From contig OX597832.1 in the NCBI GenBank assembly GCA_951406725.2, positions 56,110,001 through 56,174,000 on the forward strand: DNA of 64,000 nt. The letters are read 5' to 3'. Positions 1 through 15,035 of this stretch are shown here, one piece after another (position 1 is the stretch's first letter; each line of letters starts with the position of its first letter). The notes under the pieces are model-generated. The model was not told the origin of the DNA. It saw nothing but the letters and a program-made list of their open reading frames with translations, and searched no databases. The position numbers were made by a program, and so were the translations under genes. Source of the DNA: Octopus vulgaris (lineage: Eukaryota).

Positions 1-224
1 GCGGCAGTATTGGCCAGAGCAACAGTAGCAACAACAGCAGCAAACAACAGTAGCAACAACAGCATTTAGTAATCGCAAAGCTAGTAATAACAACACTAGC
101 AACATCAGTGTTGGCAACGAAAGCAGCATTAGCAATAACGACAGTATTGTCAATGGCAACAGCAATTGCAACAGCAGTTGTAGCTACAGAGGTAACAGTA
201 ATAGTAAATCAGCAGCAGCAGGGA

Positions 225-312
<88 letters not shown>

Positions 313-334
313 GGTGGTGGTGGTGGTGATGGAT

Positions 335-408
<74 letters not shown>

Positions 409-410
409 CC
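1..410. repeat. Degenerate (CAG/CAA)n followed by (TAG)n/(TGG)n microsatellite
   Basis: Directly visible trinucleotide runs. Confidence 0.9.
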
Positions 411-655
411 AGATACATATTAGACCCGATAACTTAGTACTAGAGACAGTTTTTCGCTTCCATAATGTAATCCTAGATACATTATGTCCAAGAATCTGGT
501 ACGTCCATCTTTGAGGGGTTAATGTTAGTAATTAATTCAGTCAGATTACTCTGTAAAAAGAAATTAAATTAAGTTAATGGTTTTCAAATTCGAATGAGTA
601 CCAATCAAGACCATTTGACATTTTAGAATACTATAAAATTTAATAGAAATTACAC

Positions 656-722
<67 letters not shown>

Positions 723-734
723 TAGATAAATAAG

Positions 735-814
<80 letters not shown>

Positions 815-825
815 GATGCATATAT

Positions 826-1420
826 GGGTATAGGACGTCACAAACAGTAAACAACATTAAATACGAAAACAAATGAGTTGAATACGCAAACAACGAGAGC
901 AAGAAAATGGAAAACAGGACAAGTAACATAGAGAACGACCCTTCATCAGTTGTCGGCTGCCTATCTACTCCTCATTTCGAGCATTGAAAGACAATATGAA
1001 TCTTCGTAGGCAGATGCTCCCACTCATGCCAAAATAAAATTTGGGATTTATGGAGGGTCAAGTTTGGGGACAAAAGCAGGACAGTGGAGACATACAAGGA
1101 AACCGAACGAAAACAAACATGGACGGTCGGTAGACCAGAAAGATGGTAAAATAGCGAATGCTGGAGAAATTTTTTCTTTGACAAGAGAAAAGATAGAAGA
1201 GAGAGATAGATAGGATACGTCCAGCCTCTAGGACATCCCTGAAAGAAAAGAAAGATGATCATGCGAGGAAAAGAAAGATGGGCGATGGCCACGTGTGAGC
1301 TACGAGAGAAAGTAAAGGAGAAAGAGGGGAGAGAAGACAGATAGAAAACGGTGAAGAGGAGAAAAATGGAATTAGAGAAAGGATGAGAGAGAAAACGATA
1401 GTGGGGAGAGAACAGTATAG

Positions 1421-1422
<2 letters not shown>
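826..1422. mobile_element. Unclassified purine-rich interspersed repeat between microsatellites
   Basis: Bounded by (AGAT)n and (AT)n; same architecture (CACGTG then AG-rich tract) as 44165-44800 and 48190-48695. Confidence 0.4.
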
Positions 1423-1469
<47 letters not shown>

Positions 1470-1944
1470 GTATACACATACCTTTAAATTACAGGTGCAA
1501 CATATTTAGTGGGCTTCCGCACAGTTTCCGCCTACTGAATCTCATTCAATAGCCTTGGGTTGATCCGAGGTTCAGATGCCGTACGGTGGATTCAAAACGG
1601 GACCTCGTGAAAGCGAGGGGTTACAGCCCATGACTTTTTATCAGGGATTAGAAGTGGAATAGGAGAGAAAAGGGGACGAAGAAACCACAAATAGTCATAG
1701 GTCACTGTACACAGTAAAAACCAAGTTATCCCAGAGACTAGGTCCAAATGGAATGTGCTCCATTTATGGTCTCCAACAATAAGGTTAGGGGTGTTAAACA
1801 GGGTGGCGGATTAAGTCTACCCCACTAAAAAAAACAATTGACTCAACGTTATGCTAAAACTCAGTCTCCCAATTCTGATTGGCTGTTCCCCACGCCGACG
1901 ACTTGACCATGCATACTTTCAAATAGTAGACATAAGCGTTAGTA

Positions 1945-2493
1945 TTGGGTTGTCCGGAAAATTCGTGCCAATTTATAGCAGCTTACATTTCAACTTATTT
2001 TAGAACATATTTGAGTCCATGAAATAGGATTTGACTACACTTCCATTTAGAGCACAGTTTAAGCTATCTTTTCGTAGAGGAAGATTTATGTTCTTATAAC
2101 CTGTGTTAATTTTGTAACCCTTTAAAATGGAAGATAAGAAAGTTCATTTTCGGCACTTGATGCTTTGGGAACCAGACAATTTTTGCCGCAGCTCGACTGG
2201 AATGTGTTACCCCACCCTCCATATTCACCAGATATTGCTCCTTCAGGTCTCTGCAGAATAGTCTTAATGGTAATAAATTTCAATTCCTTGGATGACGTAA
2301 AAAGATACCTTCATGAATTCTTTGCCATGAAACCACCCCATTTCTAGGAAGAGGGTATTTTTAAGTTAAAGGAAAGATGGAGACGCATTGTGCAACAAAA
2401 TGGTTCATATTTGGCTGATTAAAAATGCAATGGCAAATATTTATTGACCTTTTTTTCTTTTAAAAATCGGCACGAACTTTCCAGACAACCCAA
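1945..2493 (+). mobile_element. Internally deleted mariner transposon
   Basis: ~30-bp TIRs ttgggttgtccggaaaattcgtgccaattt / aaatcggcacgaactttccagacaacccaa with TA flanks; N-terminal MEDKKVHFRHLML fused to C-terminal WNVLPHPPYSPDIAPS mariner motif. Confidence 0.93.
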
Positions 2494-2589
2494 TATTAAA
2501 TTCAGAAAAGCCAAAACTATTCTGCAGGGTTTATAATGCAACAATTCTATTTCTATACATTTATATTTACATCCATTGTATAAACATAC

Positions 2590-2641
2590 ATACATATGTA
2601 TATATGTATGTATATAAATATATATATATTATATAAATATA

Positions 2642-2691
<50 letters not shown>

Positions 2692-2761
2692 TCCTCTCTC
2701 CCCTATCTCTCTCTGTCTCTCTAATCCTATAATTGTTGATTAGAACTGAAAATTACGTTTT

Positions 2762-2816
<55 letters not shown>

Positions 2817-3076
2817 CATATATATATATGTTCTTTACAGAATATAGCGTCTTATTTCTGGGAACATACAATTAACTCTAATCAATTTACGAATAATGTT
2901 ATATATGCGCTGTGTGTGTGTGTCTGTCTGTCTGTCTCTGTGTGTGTGCGTGTGTCTGTCTCCGTCCATACATACGTATGTGTCCTTCCGTATACGTGTG
3001 AGTGCGTGTATGTGTCTCCATACATGTGTGTATGTGAGTGTCTCCATGTACCCGTTTATGCGTGCGCGTGTGTATG

Positions 3077-3116
<40 letters not shown>

Positions 3117-3320
3117 CCCGCCGTCTATATATGTGTATGTACGTCCCCATACGTGTGGTTATGTGTGTGTTTATGTGTGTATGTGTGTTTTTGTCCGTGC
3201 ATATGTCCGTGTGTGCATGTGTATGTGTGTGTATGTGTGTTTCCGTCTGTGCATATGTCCGTGTGTGTATGTGTATGTGTGTGTGTGTGTAGCTATATGT
3301 ATTCGTGTATGTGTGCGTCA
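2590..3320. repeat. Compound (AT)n/(CT)n/(GT)n microsatellites
   Basis: Visible dinucleotide runs. Confidence 0.9.
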
Positions 3321-4597
3321 GCGCGTATTATCTTTATGTTTTTCAAAAAAAATAATTGTTTTAATTTTCTTTTTCTGTCTTTTTCCATTTATTCTTTGTT
3401 TTCGTTATATTTTTATACAAGACACATGATCGTTAAATTTCCTGAAGGATGGTGTTTAAGTTTGATCAATGTTGAGTGATATTTGGTTAAAAAAAGAACG
3501 ATCTATATAGCTTGATTTTTATATTCTTTATATTTTTATATTATTTATTATTGTTTTTTTTTGTTTTTTTACATATTTTATGTTTTATATTTTATATTTT
3601 TCATATTTCTATATTTTTCTAGATCGTAATTTCTATATTTTCTAACTTTAATAGTTCTGATTTTGTAACTGTCTTTTCTTCTTTTTTTTTCATAGAGCTA
3701 TATTTTTAATATACATATTCTTTTTCATTAAATTTCAAGCTATTTTGTTACATTTTAGACTCATAGTTCTTTTCAATATTTTTTTAAAGAAATTAATAGC
3801 TGTATTTTGTTCTCGTTGATTTTTATACTTCTAGACATTTTTAGCTCTTTTTAGTTCTTACTGCTATTTTATAGTTCTAAATAAATTTGTACCATCAGCA
3901 AAAGGCTACATGCCATTGTTTTACAAAATGGTATGTATTATTCATACAAATTCTTAACTAGTATACTATAAGTAATGAGCGCTATTCGTGAAAATACGTT
4001 AGAACGTACCCCACAAGAGCAGTACAAGATTGGGTTAATAGCGTATTTGATTGCCAATCGAAGTGCTAACATTTCAAATCCTATAACGAGTACTCTGTTG
4101 TGACCTTCTGTCTGTGACGAAAATTTAACGTCAAGCAGACTCGGTCAAGAGATCAATATTAATACCAAAGAAAAAAGAAAAAGAAAAAGAAAAATGAACG
4201 TGTAATCAAGTGAATCGATACCAATATAAATTGGTGTCTGTTTAATCGACTTCAGAAACAAAAAAAATTAAATTGACCGCGGTGGCATTTGAACTCGAAT
4301 GTTAAAGATAAAGATACTAAATGTTGTTAGACATTTTATTTAACCCCGTCGGCGATTAAAACTATCCTCGAGATACGAAGAACTATTTAAAAAGTGTGAG
4401 TGTGTGTATATGTGTGTGTGTGTAACTTAGTAGAAAAAGAAACGACAAAAACAGATGTAGATATACCCTAAGTCAGCTGTATTATCCAGAATCATTGCGG
4501 TTTCGGAGCATAGTAAACAATAAAAGAACGTCTAGCTGAAAAGTGTCAATGATTGTAAATATCACTACAATACACAGCAAAACTACATATATATATA

Positions 4598-4680
<83 letters not shown>

Positions 4681-5052
4681 CATATGGTATAAACAGGGCA
4701 AATTTTAGATATTTTTCCGCAGACTGAAAAAAATGAACAAACTTAATCGAAGCGTCTACATCATTCTGACATTCTCCAGAGAAGCAAGCAGCCAAACTGT
4801 TAATATACTCAACAAATGCAGCAGTTACTCAATCAAGGAGTCCCTAACTTGCATACTGAAGGTATTTCAGACTCTATAAATACCAGCGGCCTGTCAACGG
4901 GGATCTTAGACCACACAGTATCAAAGTATAGTATAATATATATGTAATATATGGTATAATTATAAACAGGGCAAATTTTAGCCATTTCTCCGCAGACTTA
5001 CAAAATGACGATCAAACTTAAACAATGTTCGAACCTTATTGGATTCTCATCA

Positions 5053-5064
5053 TATATGTGTGTG

Positions 5065-5123
<59 letters not shown>

Positions 5124-5175
5124 TTATGTATATATATATATATACATATATATACATATATATATATATATATAC

Positions 5176-5207
<32 letters not shown>

Positions 5208-5214
5208 GTATTTA

Positions 5215-5245
<31 letters not shown>

Positions 5246-5924
5246 GTATTTATGTATATATATATATGTATATATATATATAATGCATACATATATATAT
5301 GTAGATATATATATATATACATATATATATATGTATGTGTGTATGTATGTATGTATATATATACACACACACACTGACACATACATGCAAACTCGCTCAA
5401 ACACACACATACATACATACATGCATAGATACATACATACATACATACATACATACATACGTACGTACGTACATACATACATACATACATACATACATAC
5501 ATACATACATACATACATACATACATACATACATACACACATACATACGTACATACATACATACATACATACATGCATACATACATACATACATACATAC
5601 ATACATACATACATACATACATACATACATACATACATACATACATGCACGTACATACATACATACATATAATTATTTTTAAAGTTAATGATTACGAGCA
5701 AAAATGCCCGCAGCAATCTTCTCGATATTTTCGTCCGATATTTCGTTACTTTCAAACGTTTATGCGTCTACTTCAACGTTCTATATATAGAAACAGTAAA
5801 TTCTATTGCGGCTTCTTCTATTTACTCTCCACTGATAACAATGTCGCACCAGTTATTTTACTTGTGTGACTGATGAAAAAAAAAACATGTGGTTGTGCCC
5901 GGAAGAGGTTAGGCTTAATATAAC

Positions 5925-6008
<84 letters not shown>

Positions 6009-6111
6009 TGTGTGCTTGCGTGCATGTATGTATTTTGATAGTATTCTCGTTAATTTGCTTTTATGCATATATATGTACGTAGGTATGTATGTATTTATAT
6101 ACATACATATA

Positions 6112-6183
<72 letters not shown>

Positions 6184-6270
6184 TATATACCTAGAGAGAC
6201 AAATATATATATATGTATCTATATCTATATGTATCTATCTATATATATAGAGAGAGAGAGGGAGAGAGAG

Positions 6271-6314
<44 letters not shown>

Positions 6315-6325
6315 GTGTGTGAGTG

Positions 6326-6358
<33 letters not shown>

Positions 6359-6367
6359 GTGTATGTG

Positions 6368-6426
<59 letters not shown>

Positions 6427-6781
6427 AGAATTCATTAAAAAAAAGCAAAAGACGAAGACAGGTGGTATAGACAACAAACAGATCTATTAGTATAACGCTC
6501 GGGAAGTGAGAAAGTCTTTAATGTTTCGAGCCTGCGCTCTTCCACAGAAATGAACACAGAAAGAAACAAGGAGAGAAAATATAGAATGTGCAGCGGCTAG
6601 CGATATACGTATTTAGATATTTAGACATGTATATGTACATGTATATGAATTGATATATACATATAGTTACATATATACATATATATATATACACATGTAC
6701 ACATATATATACATACAGATATCGATACACACACATATACATACATATACATAGATACATACACATCCATAAATACATACA

Positions 6782-6824
<43 letters not shown>

Positions 6825-6906
6825 TAGATGTATACATACACGCACAGATAGGCAGACAGGCTGGCAGCTTGATAAAGAGATAGATAGATAGATAGATAGA
6901 TAGATC

Positions 6907-6949
<43 letters not shown>

Positions 6950-7012
6950 GGATGGATAAAACGCACAAAGACAAAGATGTGTGTATGGGTGAATGTATGT
7001 GTGTGTGTGCGC

Positions 7013-7070
<58 letters not shown>

Positions 7071-7090
7071 GTGTGTGTGTGTGTGTGTAA
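5053..7090. repeat. Compound microsatellite field ((AT)n,(ACAT)n,(GT)n,(AGAT)n) with short unique islands
   Basis: Visible runs. Confidence 0.9.
6422..6605 (-). mobile_element. Short non-autonomous PLE-like element with hammerhead-variant motif (copy 1)
   Basis: Homologous to 33557-33762 and 58811-58990; ends in ...ctccc(TA)n; minus strand UUU-CUGUGGA-A-GAGC-gcag-GCUC-GAAAC-AUU-AAA at 6514-6550. Confidence 0.7.
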
Positions 7091-7229
7091 ACACGTTACA
7101 TGCTAACTGTATAAATTGCTAGTTTACTGAACGTTTAGTTTTGGGTCATATTCTTCATCAGCAGATATCGCAATGTTCGTGCATGGACGGCTAATCTATC
7201 AAGTCACTCCATCTTGCAAAGATGATGTT

Positions 7230-7363
7230 AATGGCGGTAGTCGGTGGAAACGGCGGCGGCGGTGGCGCGGATTAAGGTGGTGTTGGTTGTGGTGATGATG
7301 GTGGTGGAAATGGTGGAAAAGGTGGTATTGCTGTTGGTTGCCATGGTGGTAGTAGTCTTGGTG

Positions 7364-7443
<80 letters not shown>

Positions 7444-8090
7444 GGTGGTAGTGGTGGTGGCGATGGTGACTGTAATAGTAACTATAATGATGGGTGTGGT
7501 TCTATTCTTAGTCAAGGTGCAGGTGGGGAGGCATAGTGGAGATGGTAATGGCGGGACGGTGGCGAATGTTTTCGTGGTGGTGGTCTCTAAGCTGTGTCGT
7601 AGTTGATGCCGTGATGATGATGGTGATATTTGTAGTTTGTCGGTGCTTCCCGAAATGATGATGATGATAATGATGATGATGATGATGGTGGTGATGGTGG
7701 TGGTGGTGGTGGTGGCGGTGGCGGCGGTGGCGGCGGTGGTTGCGGTGGTGGTGGTGGTGGTGATGGTGGTGGCGGTGGTGGTGGTGGTGGTGGTGATGGT
7801 GGTAGTGATGGTGGCGGAGGCGGTGGTTGTGGTGGTGGTGGTGGTGGTGGTGATTGTAGTGGTGGTGGTGATTGTGGTGGTGGTGGTGGTGGTGGCGACA
7901 GTTCGCGAGAATGGTGATGATGATGAAGATGATAACGATGGTGGTGGTAATGGTGGTCGTGGTAGTAGTGGTAATGGTTGTGGTGGCGGCGGTTCTCGTG
8001 ATGATGATGAAGATGATGATGATGATGATGATGATAATGGTGCGGCGGCGGCGGTGGTGGTACTGGTGCTAGACGCGATCGCCGTTGATG
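7230..8090. repeat. (GGT)n/(GAT)n/(AGT)n compound trinucleotide repeat
   Basis: Visible runs. Confidence 0.9.
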
Positions 8091-8177
8091 GTCAACAAAA
8101 CACGCCATCCTCAGCACAGATCTTCTTTCTATATATAGGACTTTCACGGTCATAACTCTCACTCTCTGCGCAAGAGT

Positions 8178-8182
8178 ATGTG

Positions 8183-8246
<64 letters not shown>

Positions 8247-8269
8247 TGTGTGTATGTGTGTGTGTGTAT

Positions 8270-8308
<39 letters not shown>

Positions 8309-8896
8309 TGTGTGTCTGTGTGTGTGTATGTGTATGTGTATGTGTGTGTGTGTATGTGTGTATGTGTGTGTCTGTGTGTGTGCGTGCGTCTGTTGGTGCG
8401 CATGTGCATATGTGAACGTTTGCGTGAGAAAGCATAGGTACGCGAATGAGCTTGTATGCACACATATACGTATTTCACTACATGCATGTTTCTGAATCTA
8501 CAATACATACACCATGCATCATCCAACCTCTCCTTCACGCTCTCTACCTCCTTTCTCAATATATCTTTCGCTCTCTCCCCCCTCTCTCTCTCTCTCTTTC
8601 CCTCTCCTTCGCTATCTCTATCTATCTATCTATCTATCTATCTGTCTCTTTTTTTGCTCTTCAAATTACTATTCAAATCCACACATGCAATTTACACAAG
8701 TTATATTCCACTAAACAACTCCCACGATCGTCATCATTGTGTGTATATATATATATATATATATACGTATATATGCATATATATATATTTATATATACGT
8801 ATATATATATACATATATATATACATACGTATTTATATATGTGTGTGTGTGTGTATGTGTATACGTATATGTATGTACATATATGTACGTATATAC

Positions 8897-8979
<83 letters not shown>

Positions 8980-8994
8980 TAGATAGATATATAC

Positions 8995-9029
<35 letters not shown>

Positions 9030-9242
9030 TGTATGTATGTAACACATTTATACATAAGCATATATTTGAGTGTGTATGTTTATACATATGTATGCGTCTA
9101 TCTATCTATATGTGTGTGTATGTATATATATGTATATATATATAAAATGCATGTATACATACATATAAATATATATTATTCATATGAGTGTATGCATATA
9201 TATATGTGTGTGTGTATATATGTGCATGTATATATATATATG

Positions 9243-9291
<49 letters not shown>

Positions 9292-9795
9292 GTGTGTCTA
9301 TGTTAGTATATATATATATATTTCAATAATATGCATGTTTAATATGTATATCACATATATTATGCAAAACGTAACACACACACACATATATACATATCAC
9401 ACACACACACATACAGCACGCGCACATATATATATATATACACATTATTTTATTGAATAAATAATTTACACTCTGCAAAAGCTGTATTGAATGTTCTTGT
9501 TCAGATCATCATCTCAGAAGTATATGCATGCATATACACACACAGAAATGTATGCATACATATATACATGCATACATACGTATGCACGTACGTGACTAGA
9601 TGCATACATACAGTCATGCATGCATGCATACATATACACATACATACATACAGCCATACATACATACGTGTTTACATACATGCATACATACATACATATA
9701 TACATACACACAAACATGCAAGCATACATACATGCATAGTTACATATTGACATACATGCACATACACTTGCGTACATACATACATGCATGCATAC

Positions 9796-9831
<36 letters not shown>

Positions 9832-9880
9832 GCATACATATATACATATACATACACACATATATGTATCTATGTATGAT

Positions 9881-9953
<73 letters not shown>

Positions 9954-10030
9954 ATATATGTACTTATATTTATATATATACATATATGCGTGTGCATGTG
10001 TCTGTGTATGTATATATATATGTTCGTATG

Positions 10031-10120
<90 letters not shown>

Positions 10121-10140
10121 TAGATATATAGATACATACA

Positions 10141-10171
<31 letters not shown>

Positions 10172-10283
10172 GCGTTTGTGTGTATTTGTGTATGTCTATA
10201 TATATATATGTATGTATGCCTATACATATGCGTGTGTTATGAGTGAGTGTATATGTATATGTGTGTGTTTGTGTGTGTATATT

Positions 10284-10314
<31 letters not shown>

Positions 10315-10706
10315 ATATGTGTGTGTTTGTGTCTGTGTATGTATGTGTGTGTGTGTGTGTACATACATAAACTCAATGCTACACACTCCATTTATCACGT
10401 TCTGAATGCATTTATACACACACACACACACACACGCACAAACATCCATGCACCTACATGTATATAAATGCACGCATGCACGCACATACACATACGCATG
10501 CATGCATGCATGCACACACACACACACACACACGCATGCCCTGTCACACCATCCCACACACAGCTACGTATCGATCTATCTATATATCGACTTCTTTTCC
10601 ACAGTAGATTGGCTCTATTTCATCTGACCTTCCATTTTACAATTATAATCGCCTCTCTCCCCTCCCCTCCTTTTCTCACACCGCTTCTCTCTCTCTATCT
10701 CTATCC

Positions 10707-10766
<60 letters not shown>

Positions 10767-11215
10767 GTCTATCTATCCATCTTGTATTTACCTCTTTGTA
10801 TATTTGTCAGCCTGTATGTTTGTCAATATACGAGTGTGTGTAAGTGTGTGTGTGAGAGTGTGTGTGTATGAGTGTGTGTGTGTGTGAGTGTGTGTGTGTG
10901 TGTGAGTGTGTGAGTGTGTGTGTGTGAGTGTGTGCGTGTGTGAGAGTGTGTGTGGGTGGGTGTGCCTTTTGTTCGTGTCGTGTCATGTCTTTGCTCATTC
11001 ATCACACACACTCGTACACACACGCGCACACACGCATACACATACATATACACATATACATATACATATACACACATACATTACATACATACTCACACAC
11101 ACATGCACACACAAACACACCCACACACATATATACATACACCTACACATATATACACATACGCACACACACACATACATACATACATATATATGCATGT
11201 ATATATATATATAAT
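8178..11215. repeat. Compound di/tetranucleotide microsatellite field
   Basis: (GT)n,(AT)n,(ACAT)n,(ATCT)n,(AC)n runs. Confidence 0.9.
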
Positions 11216-11369
11216 CTTATTTCCTCCACTTTCTCCCTATTACAATTCTCCCACCCTCACCCTTTCTCTCTCTCTCTCTCATCCTTTCTGGCTGTCTTCC
11301 TTATTCATTTAACTAGTGAGTTTTTTTCTTGTCATTCCTTATCCCCGCTCACCCCCCACGTTCTCTATC

Positions 11370-12330
11370 ACTTCCACTACCATCACTATCATCACCATCA
11401 TCAACACTCGAACTACCACTACCATTACAAATTCACCACCATCACCTCTAGCTACAACACCGAACCATCGTCCCCATCGCCTTACCATCCATTGCCAAAA
11501 CCAAAACAACCATCACTCCGACCCTACCACCACCACTACTAAAAGTACGTCCGCCACTACCAAGACCACCACTGTTATAACCAGCGGAACCACCACCAAC
11601 ACCATCGCTATAACCACTACAGCCATCACAATCAGCAAGCAATATCACTAACCCAACGCCACCATTAATCTCGAAGACACCATCACCACTCCCGTGGAAA
11701 AAAACAGCAACACCACTACAACTCCCGTAATCTCCACCACCACTCCTGCAAATGTCACCGCCACTCCTACAAGCACGAGCACCACTCTTGCAAAAAAAAA
11801 ATGTTTAGAACACTTCCGCAAAATCACCGACAACATTCCCGAAAACACCAGCACTACTCCCCGAAAACATCAACACCACTCCTGCAAAAAATAAAGCAGC
11901 AACACCACTCCCGAAAATGTCACTACCACTCCAACAAATAGCACCCATCACTCCCTGCAACAAAAAGAAAAATGGTTGCAACACTTCTGCAAAAACACCG
12001 ACAACTCTCCCGGAAACACCAACACCACTCCCACAAAAACATCACCACCTCTCCCGCAACACACCACCACTCCCGCAAAAAAAAACACTAATACACACAC
12101 ACCCCTGCAAACACCACCAACACCACTCCCTCAAACACCACTGCCACCGTTAACACCAGCACCACCACCACTAACAACGTCACTACGACTACCTACGCTA
12201 ACATCATCGTTGGTCCCCCCCCCACTACCACCACCAATGCAATCACTACCACGTCTAACACCATCACCGCTCCCACCAGCATCACAACGCCACTCCGAAT
12301 AATACCAACACGAACACCAACGCTAACGCC
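11370..12330. repeat. Degenerate (ACC)n-derived repeat with recurring caccactcc(c/t)gcaaaa unit
   Basis: Visible degenerate tandem units. Confidence 0.75.
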
Positions 12331-12512
12331 AGCACCATCCCGATTCTCTATAATTCCATTTCCATCAGATCCCTAAATTCAATGATGTTTGACACGACGT
12401 CTTTCATGTGTTTTAATAAGTCTTCCCGTAACGTCGAAATCAATCCTGTCTACTCTCACAACACCGACATTCGCTTTCCTCATCACCAATAGATCTATGT
12501 CTGTCTCTAATA

Positions 12513-13293
12513 TTCTTTTCTACTCTAGATACAAGGTCCGACATTTTTCGGGGAGGTAGGGTGGTGGTGGGGCAGTCGATTAGATCGACCCCAGTATGCA
12601 ATTGGTACATAATTTATCAACCCCGAAAGGATGAAAGGCAAAATCGACCTCGGCGGAATTTGAACTCAGAACGTAACGGCAGACGAAATACCTATTTCTT
12701 TACTACCCACAAGGGGCTAAACACAGAAAGGACAAACAAGGACAGACAAACGGATTATGTCGATTACATCGATCCCAGTGCGTAACTGGTACTTATTTAA
12801 TCGATCCTGAAAGGGTGAAAGGCAAAGTCGACCTCTGCGGAATTTGAACTCAGAACGTTAAGACAGACGAAATACCTATTTCTTTACTACCCACAAGGGG
12901 CTAAACACAGAGTGGACAAACAAGGACAGATAAACGGATTAAGTCGATTACATCGACCCCAGTGCGTAACTAGTACTTATTTAATCTACCCCGAAATGAT
13001 GAAAGGCAAAGTCGACCTCAACGGAATTTGAACTCAGAACATAGCAGCAGACGAAATATCTATTTCTTTACTACCCACAAGGGGCTAACACACAGAGGGG
13101 ACAAACAAGGACAGACAAACGGATTAAGTCGATTACATCGTCCCCAGTGCGTAACTGGTACTTATTTAATCGACCCCGAAAGGATGAAAGGCAAAGTCGA
13201 CCTCGGCGGAATTTGAACTCAGAACGTAACGGCAGACGAAATACGGCTACGCATTTCGCCCGGCGTGCTAACGTTTCTGCCAGCTTGCCGCCT
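12513..13293 (-). mobile_element. tRNA-derived SINE family A, four-unit tandem multimer
   Basis: ~187-bp units with B-box-like gagttcaaattcc on minus strand; 15-bp TSD tgtctgtctctaata at 12498-12512 and 13294-13308. Confidence 0.88.
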
Positions 13294-13339
13294 TGTCTGT
13301 CTCTAATACTATCTCGCTGCTCTGCCCTGTTGAGTTGGC

Positions 13340-13751
13340 GGGCGGGGGTAGCATCTGAGTGATTATGTTTGATGCGTTTGATGCAGTCATGTTTGATACC
13401 GTGGTATCATGTTTGATACATTCATGCTTCGTACGGTTATTTTCTCCTACGATCATACAATCATACTTTATAGAACGATGTTTGACGCGATCATGTTTGC
13501 TATTTTCATGCTTGATACAATAATTTTTTTCATACAGTTATGTTTGATAGAGTGAAATTTGACGCAGTCATGTTTGATACATGACTGCGATCATATTTGA
13601 TGCAATCGTGTTTGATACAGTGATGTTTCAGGCGATGGTGATTGATACAACTGTGCTGGATGCAACCATGTTTGATACGATTATGTTTGATACAAACAGA
13701 TGGATCGATGGATGGATGGATGGATGGATGGATGGATGGATGGATGGATGG

Positions 13752-13808
<57 letters not shown>

Positions 13809-13823
13809 CGGATGGATGGGTGG

Positions 13824-13856
<33 letters not shown>

Positions 13857-13983
13857 CAGATAGATGGATGGATGGATGGATGGACGGATGGATGGATAGA
13901 CGGATGGATGGGTGGATGGATGGACGGATGGACGGATCGGTGGATGGACGGATGGACGGATCGGTGGATGGACGGATGGATGG

Positions 13984-14019
<36 letters not shown>

Positions 14020-14310
14020 ATGGGTGGATGGACGGAGGGATGGATCGATGGATGGATGGATGGACGGACGGATGGATGGATGGATGGATGGATGGATGGA
14101 TGGATGGATGGGTGGATGGATGGATAGATGGATGGATGGATGGATGGATGATGGATGGATGGATGGATGGATGGATGGATGGATGGATGGATGGACGGAC
14201 GGACGGACGGATGGATGGATAGATGGACGGATCGGTGGATGGACTGATGGATGGATGGATGGATGGATGGATGGACGGATCGGTGGATGGAGGGATGGAT
14301 GGGTGGATAG
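13340..14310. repeat. Degenerate ~15-bp minisatellite (catgtttgatac core) followed by (GGAT)n array
   Basis: Visible units; (GGAT)n from ~13698. Confidence 0.85.
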
Positions 14311-14627
14311 TTGGTCAGCAAGGGGAAGTGTGTTTCCAACGAATGCATATATGTGCCATTGTGTGAGTGGATGTATCCCGCAGTAAAGACATTGCGTCAC
14401 TGTAAGTATTGCTTTCAGTACGGCAGAGTGTTTGTGTATTTCTCTATCAATATGTAAAGTGTATGCGTGTGTGTGTGAGAGTGTGTGTGTGTGTTAGTTA
14501 CTTGTGTGTGTGTCTGTAGTCAAATAAACAAACAATTCAAATAAACGAATAAAAATGAACAACACAAGGTTTTGGTCGATCAGGGGTGATTAGCAGACAT
14601 TTGCCTAAAATACTGTACAGTGGTACA

Positions 14628-15035
14628 GGCGTAGGAGTGGCTGTGTGGTAAGTAGCTTGCTTACCAACCACATGGTTCCGGGTTCAGTCCCACTGCGTGA
14701 CACCTTGGGCAAGTGTCTTCTACTATAGCCTCGAGCCAACCAAAGCCTTGTGAGTGGATTTGGTAGACGGAAACTGAAAGAAGCCCGTCGTATGTATATA
14801 TGTGTGTGTGTGTGTGTGAGAGAGAGAGAGTGTGTGTATGTGTTTGTGTTTGTCCCTCCCCCAACATCGCTTGACAACCGATGCTGGTGTGTTTACGTCC
14901 CTGTAACTTAGCGGTTCGGTAAAAGAGACCGATAAAATCAGTACTAGGCTTACAAAGGATAAGTCATGGGGTCGATGTGCTCGACTAAAGGCGGTGTTCC
15001 AGCATGGCCACAGTCAAATAACTGAAGCAAGTAAA
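14628..15035 (+). mobile_element. tRNA-derived SINE family B (CORE-like segment, internal microsatellite)
   Basis: A/B-box-like head, accttgggcaagtgtctt core-like segment; near-identical flanks taaaatactgtaca(g/c)tggtac; many copies in window. Confidence 0.88.

Noticed and set aside
925-985. Hammerhead at minus-strand CUGAUGA (also 31325-31332 and 44263-44269)
   Set aside because: No GAAA closing a stem II downstream; a type II arrangement fails at stems I and II
7127-7164. Minus-strand CUGAUGA...AAAAC..GUU hammerhead-like motif
   Set aside because: Needs at least three substitutions including G12; not distinguishable from chance
12513-13293. CRISPR-like repeated units
   Set aside because: Units are contiguous ~187-bp SINE copies with no unique spacers and no cas genes; eukaryotic context
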